Below are positions 12,108 to 26,798 of a stretch of DNA of 64,000 nucleotides, in pieces (the stretch's first letter is position 1; every line of letters starts with the position of its first letter). Origin of the DNA: the human T2T-CHM13v2.0 reference genome, Homo sapiens; the NCBI RefSeq assembly GCF_009914755.1, contig NC_060927.1; one strand, written 5' to 3'. The notes below the pieces were generated by a model. The model was not told the origin of the DNA, did no database searches, and was given only the letters and a program-made list of their open reading frames with translations. Position numbers and translations under genes: made by a program.

Positions 12108-15100
12108 TATACTTAGTAACTAACGGGTTTGGCTGATAATATATCTTTAAGTACTGATGATCAGAAAAGATCTGTTTTAATTATTGCTATATTGTTTCAT
12201 TATTGTTAATCTTCTTTTCATTCCATGTAATTCTAAATACAAATCTATGAAAAATTAAGGGTAAGATAAATTTTTTCTTGGCTAATTTTCATGGTAGCTT
12301 ACAATTATGAAATATGTCAAATAAATTCACCATAAATAAATCGACAGGCGTCAACAAAACATCCCAAACTCAGTTGCATTAACTTTCTTAAGACATCATT
12401 GTTTATGAAGAGCTGAGTCTTTGCTACCTTCTTAAGCTCAGAATCTTGTGAATAGGCCAAAAAGTCACTTCCACAAACATTTATAGAGAACTTATTAAAA
12501 TTAAGTCAATGGTAAGTGTGAGATTCAAAAATGAAAAGTGAAGTATACCTTCAAGAAATATACAATATTCACTGTAACATAGTGTAGAATAAGCTAGTGC
12601 AGTTAAAGCATAAACAAAATGTTCAGGAAAACTAGAGTGAGGACTGATGAGAAGTAAGAGCTTGATGGAATAAATGTTAAATAATGTGAATTTTTAATAA
12701 TGAATTAAATTTAGGTAGGCAAGGAAGAGAGGAATTTACTGTAGGCACAAGTTTGTACGGAGATTAAAAAAAAGTAGTCCCTATGCACAAAACCAAGGTC
12801 AAAACTAGCAATATGGTGAATAGAATTTTGCTCACCAACGTTGAGTCTAACAAGGATTAGACATTCCCATCTCCTCAGCTTTGTTTTTCTCCATAACACA
12901 TTTTATACATTCATATATTGGGTAACTTAATACAGTCAGATTTATTGCCCAACTCTCAGAGACAGAGTGCTAGCTGTGCACACACACATTTCCTATTCTT
13001 GCTTGATTTATAGCTAAATACATTTTCTATTCTCCCTTCTAATTAGGTATATCCATGTGAATGAGATTTAGCTATAGTCACCCTTGGTGTGTGTGGGGAT
13101 CCCAGAAAATACATTTTGTAGGTCCCTCAACTGTTTAAGAAATTTGATCAAAAATGTATTACAGAAGTTATGCCCTCAGTGAGTTATAGTCAGTGAAATT
13201 TAGAATTAGCAGTGAAAATTTAATTGAGAACACGTACTTATGTATTGATTTATCATCCAATACATGAAAATGTTCTCTATAGCATCCGTTAACCATGTCT
13301 TCCTATTTATGTGAAGGAATTTCTCTGGGTTTCTTATTATCAAACATACCATTTCTGGCTAATTTCTTATTTCCCACTGTGAGAAAAAGATAGCAATGCT
13401 GTTATTACTCACAATGCCATGAATTTCTGGAACTGCGTTGTATTTAAACCATATATATCCTCTTGCCTCTGCAGGTCTCTAATAACATTTATTTAGCGCT
13501 GGTTACATCGTTGCTCAAGACATTTCATCATCCATCATGCTGCCCAAGACTACCAGCTTTCAATGACTTTCTCAGAGATTCTTATTCTGCTTTACTGATG
13601 ATGACCACAAATGCAAGAATTATCCAGCGTGCAGGATAGTGTGAAAGATGATTCATTTTCTGATCATTTAAGAGTTATTATTTGGAAAGCACAATGGCAC
13701 ATCTTTCAACCATATCTCATCTGGAACTCTTTAGGCAAAAAAATCACTGTATTTCTAGAATGTGATCTCTTTCAATGTTGATTGCATAGCTGCCTTCTAC
13801 ACACTGCCACTGTTGGAAAAGATAGAGATGGGGCCTTAGATGGACCAAAAAAGACAGTTACAGTCATACTAGAAATGACTGTCTGTCCTCTGACTTGGAT
13901 GAGCACTACACCACTGCACCTATTGGAGATAAAAATATACTATTCAGAGGTCCCTGTGGCATTGTGAAGCAATAATCTAAAAGTCCTTTGGAAGAGATAG
14001 GTGTAGCCACAAATGGAGGATGGCCCGATGCATGATATTCTTGGAGTCTTTGGCTGGAGGGCACAAAGGCAACATTTACAAGGTAGATATTTTATTCATT
14101 TATAGAATATGAACATTTTTAATATTGATTCAATAAATCTTGGCTATTTGAAGGCTTTTAAAAGTGTTGTCTAGATTCACTACAATCTGTCTCAAAGACA
14201 GTAAAATACATGAACAAAAATGTCTGTAGTTGAATCTAATTCTCTAAGCTAACAGCATGTTTATATGCAATTTTGCATGTGATATTACTGTTATTCATTA
14301 CAGTTCTGTTATAAATAAGAGAGATTATTCATTCTTTGACTTGGTGGGGGCTGGTTTTCCTGAGGTATTTGTTCCCCTTTTGTTTCTTCAGATTTATGAG
14401 CCTGGCAAGCCTTTTCTGTCTGCTGCTGAAAAGACTATTGTGCCCATGTACACACAGTCCCAGCAAATAATTTATTTCAGACCTCTGAGAACATTCTTTT
14501 CCTCACTCTCAAAACAGGGATTTTTCATTTCAGTCATCGGTCCCAATCTTAGCAGTGATTCCACCAAGTCAGTATTCATTTTCAATAAAGAAAGAAAGAA
14601 AAAGTTATACCTGAGAAGGCTGTGACATAGAAAAATGGAACAATGGTGAAAATGGTCCTGGATTTTATGCCACCATCAGAAAAATTTTGGTCAGGCATAA
14701 AGTCTTAATTTTTAAATACTTTATTTTCCTCCTTTATTTTCTGGTTCTTTCATCCCTACCTCAAATATTAGAAAAAATAAATCTATTTCAGTTTAGCAGC
14801 AAAACATTTGATTGGGAGGTAATGATTCAATTAATTCAAAGAACAATTTTATTTTAGCTACAAGGATTATTCTTTCTCTTGACTTATTTGGATGATTATC
14901 TGATTAGTTTTTCTAGAGACATAACTTCATTGATAGAATTATATTATTATTTCTCCATTTGCTTTTGTAATTGTTATAATTATGTCTTAGACTTTATAAG
15001 ATTTATAAGATCCTATTATCTATTAATTTTACTCATTACAAAATTTTCCAACCCGTGTGTAATTACATATATTGTAACATCACTATGTTATAAGGCTATG

Positions 15101-16483
15101 TGTGACTTTGGGAATTTGTGTAGCTCATTTTCTTAGGTACAGAAAAAACTGGCTACAACTGTCCCTAAAATTAGTCTTTCTTAAAATTCCCTAAAAAGGA
15201 AGATATTTCTTCAGCCTCTCACTCTGAAAAAAGACCTGACTTTTAAAGAAATGACCAAAGAGACCTTGACTATAATGCATAACAACTTGACAAAGGTATA
15301 CATTTATCATTGGCTTCTGAAGGTCTCATACTAAACCTTGGGATACATTTCATAAAGTCAGTGGATATTATATTTTCTTTTTCCCTCTCCTGATCATCCT
15401 TTTGTCTACTTTAATACAAACTATACTGGAATCAAATGCCTAGATTGTTAAACAGGAAAAGATGAATCTCATTTTAGCTACTCTGTTGGCAGCAGAACTA
15501 TTTTGAAACCATTCCTTTTTCAACCTTTATGAAAGCCAGCTGCAGGACTTATATATGGGCAAAATTTAGCATGGATTCAGCAGGGTTTGTATTCCCATTT
15601 TCATCAGCTAAGAAATAACATTTGACTACAATATATAATCAAAACTGTTTAGAAACAGTTTTGTCAACATTTATAAAAAATGATATATTACTCATCAAGT
15701 ATTCTTTATTGGTGATATTGGGAAAATTACTCAGTCTCTCTCTTGCTTGTTTTTTTTTTCTATCTTGAAGTTGATAATATTTACTTCTTTTAATAAAACT
15801 CATATAAAACATGTGTTGATATTGAGCTAAACACTCCCATTATGTAAATTTTTAGGAAATAATTCAACTTTTTAGGGAAAAAACAAAAAAAGCAGAAAAA
15901 CTGTCAGCATGCTGTGAACCAGGGAGTATCTTGTCCTGCAACATTTTCAAAAAGCCAAAGTAGTACTTCTCACAGACTTAACGAAAAGTAAAATACACTG
16001 CATCACTAGTGTTGATAAATTGAAATATATTTTCCTAGTCATTTATTAGTAGGGAGCCATTTTTATACTTAGCATTTAATAGCCACTTTTTTCTGATTCC
16101 TTTGTTTCCTATATTAATGTATGTTATTTTATTTTGGCAATAGACAACAGAACTTCTCATATACTTTTCATGAACACAAATGTTCCTTGTCTTGAAACCT
16201 TGTCTTCTTGAGCATGAAGACTTGGTCAGAATGTGTCTATATGTGGTGACCAAAATTTACAATTAATGCTCAAATATGGGGTCTGAATAATAGGAAGGCA
16301 TAATTAGAAATTTTAAGATAAGGTTACTCCTGAAAATCCAAGGTTTATGGTTGCTTTAAATTAAAAAGGGTGAGCATAATCCAGATAAGTTATGAAATTA
16401 TGTAGATACATGACATATGTTGCATTTTCAGTATGCTCATATTTGAGCATAACTAATTAAAAATTCATTTAAAAATTAACCTC

Positions 16484-16795
<312 letters not shown>

Positions 16796-17330
16796 TTAAG
16801 TCATCTATGGACTTTCAGAATTAGAAGAAATATTACAGAATACTGGTTGATTCTTTTATTTCACAGAGGGCGACGATAAGACTCAGAAAAGCAATAAAGG
16901 ACTAGCACCTGAATTTCTTTTGATTCTCCGCCTGTTCTTTCCAACGGTGGGTTCCTTTTCTTTATTTCCTCTCAACTTTAACAAAATTCTTTGCATTCTT
17001 TGTTTCAAGTAGATTATTTATACCAACTATGTAATCCTATTTTATTTATTTATTTTTATAACTGAAGTAGCTATCAGGAACTGGCAAATCCAAGGGAATT
17101 GCTTCATCAGAAGCATCCCCATTCCCTCCAATGCCCGCCACCACTTCCAAAGTTCAAGCAAAGAGTCACAAATAGTTTCTTACTTTTCCACATAATACTG
17201 ATACTCTCAGCCTTCCAACATCCACTTGGTTATGTATTTTTCATACGTACATGGCTGGAATCTCTAGCCTCTCTACACGCAGAAATAATCCCAGCAAAAA
17301 GACTGGCCATAACTCCAAAAGGAGTCATTA

Positions 17331-17477
<147 letters not shown>

Positions 17478-17481
17478 TTAC

Positions 17482-17570
17482 CCATAATAATATCCATATT
17501 ATGGATATCCAAGTTATCCATAATAATATCCATAATAAAATCCAAAATAAAATAACAATATCCATAGTAA
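17482..17570. repeat. Degenerate ~12-bp tandem array (atccataataat) with an inverted copy
   Basis: Repeated atccataat/atccaaaat; atatccata-t-tatggatat hairpin at 17490-17508. Confidence 0.8.
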
Positions 17571-17734
17571 AATTTGTGTTAAATTATTTTCATTTCATAT
17601 ATTAAGTAATATTCTAATTGTTCTCATCAAGCTAATCTTGCATTTTCTCTTATTCTATGTCTTATAAATAAGAGCATTGTGAAGGTGTTTGCAACTGAAA
17701 CATGTATGTAGCTGGTGTTTGATCTCTGTGCATT

Positions 17735-17991
17735 AACTTCAGTCCAAGATCAAGTGTCTGGTGAAGGAGTATTTCTTGGCTTATAGATGGCTGCCTCCTC
17801 AATGCAACCTCACATAGCAGACAGCAAAGATCTCTCTGGGATCTCTTTTATAAGGGCATTTAATCTCATTCATGAGGGCTCCACCTCAATAATATGATTA
17901 CCTCCAAAGGCCTCATCTCCTAACATCATCATGTAAGGGGCTTAGGATTTCAAGATTTGGAGAGGAACACAAACATTCAGTCTATATAACA
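17735..17991 (-). mobile_element. MaLR LTR fragment (MLT1A/MST-like)
   Basis: cttttataagggc...attcatgagggctccacc...cacaaacattcagtctat..aca. Confidence 0.8.
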
Positions 17992-18369
17992 GGTGACTTG
18001 TTTTTCATCAATAGAATATCAGAATATGATTTGATTCCAAAACTACCTTAACAGAAAGCTAAAATAGGGGGTATTGGCTTGGGGACAAGGTAAAAGATAT
18101 AAGCTAGGTGGATGAAGGGTAACTAATGACAACATTCACAAACAGAAACAGCTCTTTGTGCCTTACTCTGACCTTAAATCATAATGCTTGTCGCTTTTGA
18201 ATACCGTGCAAATTTCTCTATGGCCAACCTAAACTGGAACAACACAGGGTAAGGAATTTTGAAAAACCTTGTTTCTGCTTAATTAAACTGATTTGAAACC
18301 ACACACTGTATTTGACATGAAAAATATAGCCACAGCTGTAATTAAAGCCTATTATAATCAATCCAAAAC

Positions 18370-18990
18370 TGTATTGAAGTCCTGCCTTCTGCCCTGCTTG
18401 TTTTCACTGTCCCTCCACTATAGGCTATATCTAGAACAACTAGCATCAACTTTCAAAATAATTGATCAAATTATGAGAGTTCTTCTAAACAAAAGTTTTT
18501 TGATTCCTACATTGAATATTCCATGGATTAAAATCCACAGTCATCATCATATGTGAGTATATTTACAATTTGGCTCTAAACACCTTGTATACTATTATAG
18601 AGTCCCAGGTTTCCTATACTTTTTGGAAATTTGTGTTCCTAGTGTTTCTTGAACAAACTATGCACTTTCATGCTTTTATATTTATCTCTCATGCAAATCC
18701 CTGCTTATTTTTAAAAATCAGACTCAACTCCTTTGGTGTTTCTAAACACCTCTGCTCCATTCCCTACCAGCCATTGAAAGTCATTCTTTCTATGGATCTC
18801 TTAAAGTACTGGTCCCGGCTTCCATTATGGTAGTTATATTTGCTATATACTTTTTAAACAGCCTAGTACCCAGAAGTCTTTGAGATCTTTGAAGTCTTTA
18901 AATTCAGGACTTTGCCTTATATTCACTTATGTATCCTCAGCATTTACAAAAGGACTGATAGTTATTAAAAGCTTAATAAGCATTTGTTTA
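18370..18990 (+). mobile_element. LINE-2 3' fragment
   Basis: Degenerate L2 3' motifs (taaaatccac, ttcttgaaca, tgtatcctcagc, aataagcatttgtt). Confidence 0.6.
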
Positions 18991-19616
18991 AAAAAATTTC
19001 CCTTAGTCAGTGAAAATATAGTCAAAGAAACTTGAATTTTTGGTGATTTTTGTCGAATCACTATACCTTCTGTTGAAATACCCATTCAAAGGTTCAACAA
19101 TTTGGAGGTACGAATTATCTATACGATATTGCCTTAAGAGTACAGAAAATGCACATCTTATGTTAAATGTAGTCTCTGACCTATAGAAATGTAATAACCT
19201 CTGCAGTAAACATAATGCTATAGTTTTTATAATATTATTTTGTTTTGTTTATTTAGATTTTGTTATTGGCATTGTTTTTATTTTTACAAATTATCCTACC
19301 ACCTCAACTCTACAAAAATAATCAGATAATTTTGTCTACATCTTTTAATATTTATGAGAATTGACTCTCCAAGCCTTATTAACAGTGTTCCAATCCTTTA
19401 CATTACTAGTTACATTTTGGAATCCTCAACAACTATAATACTTACTGCTTTTATTTTTAAAAACTTTGCAGCAAAAATTTTCCACAATGTTTTGAAAAGC
19501 ATATCTTACACCTTATTTTGCTACATATGAACTCTGCCTATCAAGAAATGTTACCATGCAGCAACGTACATCTTCATTTTAGTTTTTAGTCTCTTCTGAC
19601 TTTATGGAAATGTAAA

Positions 19617-19660
19617 TGTTCAACTTGTGATATCTAAGTGTTCAACTTGTGATATCTAAG
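19617..19660. repeat. Perfect 22-bp tandem duplication
   Basis: tgttcaacttgtgatatctaag twice. Confidence 0.95.
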
Positions 19661-20479
19661 CTAAGTAATAGGCTAAAACTTACTAGTTGACTCTAAAATG
19701 ACTTATATGTGTCTGTGTTTTAGTATAATATATAGAGAGGGAAAAGAGTATTTATTTCGCTTAGCTTTTGTATGCTCTATATAAAAATCAAATAGACTCA
19801 CATTTATAGCTTCAGTCATTAATTCAATACAGTTAACAATTTTGCAGCAACTACACAAATGTTTGTCTTACAGTTCCTTAACTATTCCTTTAAATTACTA
19901 TATAAATAAATAAATGACTTATGCTACTATATAAGATTTATTCTACTTTATTTGCTTTGTTACTGAATAAAGTTGCTATAATAATTTTTCATGAGTAATG
20001 TAATATTTATAAATAAAAGTAGTTCTAACTGAAGTTCAAAATATAACAAATTATTCCTACAAAATATGATAATCTTTTAGATGTTTTCTTTCAATCTTCG
20101 TTTCTGGAATGAAAACTAGAACCAAGGGATTTCAGTCTATAAACAACTTCAATGCCTAGGATATCTATCACCTTTCAGAGAATAAATTTGTGAAAATTTA
20201 TCATGAAAAAGAAAGACATTTTTACTACCCTTGAAAATTTATACCCAGATTATTCTGGGATATCCAATGACACTGAAATAACAGCTTATCACTCCACCTA
20301 CTCTATGGCAGCAATGGCTATTATAATTATTTTTCTTTAAATTATATTAAAAGTCTGTTTTGTTCCGACCACTGGCATACGAAATAAATCTAATCTTTTC
20401 CCATGGAACAGCTCTGAAATTCTTTTAAGACAGCTACTTAGATCCAAAAGTATTGTCTACGCAAGGAAATTTAATTTTA

Positions 20480-20630
20480 TTAATTCTATAAGAAAATATG
20501 TTGAGTACCTACTCTATGTCAGGTATTGTGCTAGGCATTTGGGATACAATCTCTAACTTGACAGATCTCGGTCTGTGCTCGTGAGCTCACCGTCTAGTGG
20601 AGGGGTCCGATCATACACAAATAAACAAGT
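20480..20630 (-). mobile_element. L2 3' end fragment
   Basis: ttgagtacctactctatgtcaggtattgtgctaggc...gagctcaccgtctagtgg. Confidence 0.75.
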
Positions 20631-20774
20631 AATATAAGACTTATTTTCCCCAAGTTTTCACTATCCTCATACCACTTCTCTAAATATATGCAGCTTTTAT
20701 TATATTCTTTTAAAATTGTTGTTCTCAAACTAAATGCAATATTTGGATTAGTAATGACTTTAAGTAATTTATTC

Positions 20775-20928
20775 AACCACTCATTACCTCAGTTTCCTTA
20801 ATGATAAAAGGAGCTGTTGGAGTAGCTGCACTCTTAATTGTAAGTTTTAAATAAAATATCATATGTAAATAATTTAGCATAGTGTTTGTAACTTGGAAAG
20901 TACTACATAAATGTTAGCGATTATTATT
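20775..20928 (+). mobile_element. MIR
   Basis: cctcagtttcct core and ...tttagcatagtg...ataaatgttagcgattatt end. Confidence 0.7.
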
Positions 20929-23900
20929 GCACCCAGGAAAATCATAATTATTCTCCTTCCTTTTTCTAAATGCAGTCTAAATCACATTAGTTTTTTTGAT
21001 AAATACATTGTATTACTATTGAGAATTTGCCATTTATGCTAATTCTTAGTTAAGACTGAAATATAATGCAATTTAAATTTTATTTCTCAAATATACTTTT
21101 CATTTATTTTGAGTTTTATCTTCATAGACTCGCCATTCCAAACAATGTCTATGTTTCTATATCTTAAATATATTGCACAGTATATTTCCTACTCACCAAT
21201 TTTGTGTAATCTGCGTTTAATTGACATATCTATTATTTTGAACACTGGATAGTACAATACCAAATCCAAAATCCTGTGACAAGTCATTGGCCCATTTGGA
21301 AGAAAGATATTGTGCAAAGAGTTACTCTTCAAATATTTAAGCACAAACATTACGTATAATAATAAGGGGATAAAACTCCAAAGTTTCCTTGTAAGATAAA
21401 GTACATTGTAAGTTCTTCATAAGTCTTTCCCTGATTAATTAAAGATGCTGCTTGGGCTATACTGAACTATGTTTGGCTCTGTGAGTGATGGCTGAGATTT
21501 ACCATACAAATAGAGATTCAAATAAAGTCACCAATGTACAGACCAGAGGGACAATTTTTAGGTGCTCATAATCATAATCATACCCATGACAATAATATTT
21601 ATGTAATTGGTTAATTGAGACTTCCCTTGGTGAATACAAAAAAAAAAAAAAGCAAGGAAAAGCAAATTCAGACTTAAACAAAGCAGCAGATGCCTCTATT
21701 ACAGCTGCCAAGAGGCACAACTCGTTTTCATGCAGACTCTCTGAAATTTATTGTAAAACTTTGTCGACTGAAAGCTATCCATACCTACCAGACGTGCCGT
21801 TAAGGGAGAAATGCCATCTCTTTTACATAAATGATACAATGCCCAGAACAAGTCATCTGTGGGATAATGGTATCATTCTTGATATCCCTGAAAATGGTAT
21901 CAAATAAGTGGTAGACAGATTTATTTTACTTGTAAATGCGTCCCTGTCTAGCACCCACTCACACACTGATGATATTTGTTTAAAGAGTTCTACCTTATTG
22001 CGCTCTCCTGAAGTACTGCATAGGCATTTCATACCATCTGCAATGAGGAGACAAGACTAGAATCACCACTAATTCACATATTTTTGAATAGCTGTCCATT
22101 TAGATCCTCGGGACAGTGTCTTCTTCGTGTCACATTGTAAGCACTTGATTATGCTGCAAGCCGGTTGTAATTACAATATCACCATCCACTCCAATCCCAA
22201 CCTCCTTTATTATGGGAATTTATTATTCATTTTCAAATATATTTATTGCAGATTTTCTGAGTAGTGTCCCATCAATTGTGACAGAAAAAGAAAAAAAATA
22301 ATGTTACCTGGAAACTTTTAGCTATTATTAAAAGACTTATTCACTTGGTTTTAAGGCAGAACCTTGACTACAAGTTTTATTACCACTAGTAGAAACTCCA
22401 GATTACTGGTTCCAAAGGATATCAGTTTACTGAGCAAACAGTCAGTGGGCCAGCAAACGGATGGCTTTTTTTTTTTTTTTTTCAATTTCTGGCCTGTGTA
22501 GCCACTCAGCTGATGAAGCCAAATCCCCTAACAACTCAGTAGTGTCTTGTGTATGTCTATGTGTGTGTATGTGAGGGGAGTGTTGGCCAAGAATAATACA
22601 TATTTTATGTTAATGTTTCCAGAATTTGACACCTCTTCTTTGACCCTCATCACTGTCTTAATTCAACTCTCCATAATTTATCATCTTGGTTATTGAAGCA
22701 GCCTTCCAGCTATTCTCCTTGCCTGGAGTCTGATCTAATTAGCTCTGAAGAAAACCAAGAAGATTCTGGAAGGAATACTGACTTTGTGGTAAGAAGAACT
22801 GATATCTGAGCAAGGCACCTAGAGTCATATTTTAATATTGTATCTGAAGGGCAAAGAGCACCTAAGAATGAAGGCCAATGACAATAGAAAAAGGGAATCT
22901 GTAATTAGATCTAAACAGAAGTACAGTATAGCTTATGCTTAAAGCAGCTTATTTTTTTTTAATGTGCAGAGTCTGAGCACACAAGTTTTTACTACTTCAA
23001 TTTTTTTTAACTCAGAAGCAAGTCATGACAGCTTTCTGCTAAATTATACTAATTGCTTTCTCACATTTCTCTCAAATGTAAGATGACATACATTTTGTAC
23101 TGTGTCCCTAGGACTGTGTAATATGGATTTAATCAATGATTTTTAAGTGACATCTGTGAGAAAATAAACAAAAGACATCCTCAGTTTCTTCACTTACAAA
23201 AATAAAAAGGTCAAAGTAAAAAATTTCCAAAAGCCTTACATTGTAGCCATTTAAAATTTTATAATTCTAAAGGTAGAATAGCAAATTTCAATTTAATAAT
23301 TGGTTCTTGAATCAAAAGTAGTCATTGTTTCTCTAGATGGTGCTGTTTCTCATTTTGGCTAGCAATACTTGTATTATTATTAAAAAAAAAAAACAACAAC
23401 CCTTCCAGTTTTCTGTGGCTTTTTATCATGTTCCAAAGGCTTAGAGTAGAAAAAAAAAATCAAGGTTTAAGGAAATGACAACTAGAAACTGGTGTCTTCC
23501 CTAATGGTGTTGAATATTCCAGGAAAACAAATAAGGAGCAGGAAGGGGGACAGGGTATTTTTGGACATCACATTTGAGACATTTTTCAGCTGTAGTTCAA
23601 GATTTTATTGGTAACTAACAGACAGACATGGAATTCCATCCATCTATTCCCAATGAAAGCACTAGTAGTAGCTAAACAACTTAAAAGGTAAAGAAAAAAA
23701 GTAGGACATTTGTATAGCTGAATCTCTACTTAATTTTTTTTCCCAACACTATGCATACCAAGTTTACAGGATTATGAGGAAGGAAATCCATACATACAAA
23801 TGGAAATAATAATTTAGCTTTCACAAGACATGTGCTTTATAACTTCCAAGACTCTGAAACTCCAATGATTAACAATATTCTAATTATATTTGAATTATAT

Positions 23901-25689
23901 TTCATTGAAAGATTCTATTTTTAATCTCCTTAGAGTTTATAATAAATATCAATGTGATATTGAGTGCACAAACATCAGAGCAGTTGATTAAACAGCTATG
24001 CAATAAAGTTAGTGGGAAATACAAAATATGCTCCTGGGATAGGAGAAAATAAAATAGTGCTATCTGAATTCTGACTGTCTAATGCACATTTTTCCTGACT
24101 ACATACAGTAAAATTTTCAGTGCTATGTTCAACCATAACAAGAAGTAGACAAAGTGAAAATGCATTTTTATAAAGTAAATGAACTGGAGAGGATACATAG
24201 CCTAAAATATTAATTACTACCCCCAAAACAATTATTGCTGACAATTTTCAATAGGAAGATTAAATGCATACAAAGCAATTAATATTAGCATATTATTTGC
24301 TGTGAATTAGACCTTCCTCTGTAGTGAATGGAGGTAAACTTTTTCATGTAAAATATTACCTGAAGTTGGAGTCCACTAGCTACCTGTCAAATTCATTTTC
24401 TTGTTTGAGGCATGATTATATTCGAAAGACATTTAGATAATATAGACTTTTAATAAAGTAATAAGGAAGAGTCTGAGGCCAACTGAACTACTTATGAAAA
24501 GTGCTTTCTTATGAAGGGGATGCCCTGTCCCTCACTTCAAACCAGCTGATGTTTTCCTAGAAACTTTTTAGAATATATTACTTTAGATCCTGATAATGGA
24601 AATACACAAAGAAAAGGACTTACTTGATCTTCTATCTTCTGCTGAAAAACAGACTTTAAAATGTATATTTATGTTTTCAGTTGCAATGGAATACCTACTC
24701 AAATCATGAGTAAGTATTTTATCTTTTATTGCATCTCTTTGCTCCTAAACATAAGGAAAAAAGTCTAATTCCAGCTGTTCTGATTCATTTACACTTAGCC
24801 ATCAAGTTTTTATGTTCACTAAATGTTTTTAATTCATTAAAGCTATAGCGACATTTTAATAGTATTTTCATCTCTACCTCATAAGACCATATTTTCTTGA
24901 TATATTATGAGTCTTATTTATTAAGAAAACAAAACAGAAATGGAAATGAGGAAATGTTTTTACTTGATTTTGGCTATTTCTATGTAATGTTATTAAAATC
25001 ATTTTAAAATGAAAAAGCCCATGTAAAATATGACTAGATTTTGCATCCATATAATGGCAAATAGATGTTCAATATTATTGAAGGCTCTGTGTATATAATA
25101 TAAAACCCATGTGAGAGTTGGAATTACAGTAATTTTTAAGTCTCCCAAATAAATCCATTTTGATTTGACTACGCGCAATTCTACCATTTTCTCCAATTTT
25201 CTGAAGCCATGCTAAGAGAGCAAAACAAATTCAATTATGTTCTTGCTAAACGTTATATTGATAATACTAAACTGGTTTCTGTGAAAGATGCGAATGAATT
25301 ACTATTAGTATCAGGATCCAGTGGTTTCCTGAAAGAGATTAGTCTAAGTTACTTTGAAAAATAGTGGTATGCCATCCTGAGCTGTGTATTGCCATCCTGA
25401 GCTGACCCAGGAAATAATCAGCCACTCGACTAAGACAGACATAGAATTCTGGTGAAGAATCACAAGTCATATGTCATGTTTTGCATCATAGTGTCACAGT
25501 TATTTGCATTAACAATATACAAATAATAATGACAAAAGAATTAAAAGCAATAAAACACATTTTTCATTTTTGCTAGACTACAAATCCTATATTATTTTGT
25601 CTATCAGCAGTTAAGATTGTTTAACTTAGCAACTTCATTGATTTGGGATAGCTTGATGGAAACTTAGAAGCATTCAATTTATTCATTTG

Positions 25690-26150
25690 TTTATTCGTTT
25701 ATCTTTCGTTCATTCATTTAACAAATGTTCAGTGAGTACCTTCTGTGGCATGCTGGTCACTGTTCTGGGTACTGAAGATGGAACAAAAACCAAACAGAAA
25801 TGGTTTCTGCCTTCTTAGAGTTTTTATTTTGATTGGGAGAAGCAAAGAACTAACAGATAATAAACATACCATGTGCTACATGATGAAAACTGTTATGAAT
25901 AAAAACAAGGTAGGATAAATATTAAGCAATTTAAGGAGGGTCATTGGGAAGGCCTCTCTGTTAATGTGGTGTTTCAGTAGCTCCTAAAAACCATCTGGCT
26001 ATTTGGAGGAAGATTGTGCTAGGCAGAGGGAAGAGTAAGGGCAGTGACTCTGAAAAAGGATCATGCTTTTCATAAGTAAGGGTTAGCAGAAAGGTCAGTG
26101 TGCCTGGAGCAGAGAGAGGAAAGGTCATAAGATGTGAGACCTGAGACGCA
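25690..26150 (-). mobile_element. L2 (L2a-like) 3' fragment
   Basis: ttcattcatttaacaaatgttcagtgagtacc...gggaaggcctctctg...aggcagagggaa. Confidence 0.8.
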
Positions 26151-26798
26151 TTATTCAGAGGCTTCTATACACTCAGTCTGCGTCTATCATCTTGTAGGGA
26201 ACGTAGAAATATAAGCTATAGTTTCTATTCTCATAGAGCTTTTATTCTGAAAGGGCCATAAGACTAATTTACATAGAGAACAACATAAAGCTTAACATAC
26301 TTAAATTAATTGTGTAGTATGGATTTTATAACAACTAATTGTCCTAAAATTAGTTTAAATATCCTGACCTTGCAGGAACAGTGTTAACTTATAACTACCT
26401 TCAAAGTGCTTTTTGTTATACTTGAAACATTTTACAAAATGATTTGAAATGCACAGCTACAGTTTTCAAAAATAGACCTAATTATATTCTATAAAATGAA
26501 GATTGGCAAATTTAACATATATGAGACACACATTTATCAAACTATTTATCTTCCTCTTCTTTAGAAGCATTTAAAATAAAAACGATCACCAGGAGTCAAT
26601 ATTGGTTCACTTAAAACAAACTATGTTTGACCTTTTCTTTTTTTCTGTTTTGTTGTTGTTGTTGTTGCTTTTATTTATCTATTTTAGGACTGTTATTCTG
26701 GCAGACTAAAGAAAACTGTTAAGCATTGATATTCATCAGTGTTCTTTGAATGAGAGTAATATACTGAACACAAGTGAGAAACATGAATATGAGTATTG

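Noticed and set aside
14257-14625. 122-aa ORF containing an acceptor-like ttttgtttcttcag at ~14390
   Set aside because: No recognisable domain, no convincing donor, and composition typical of chance AT-rich frames.
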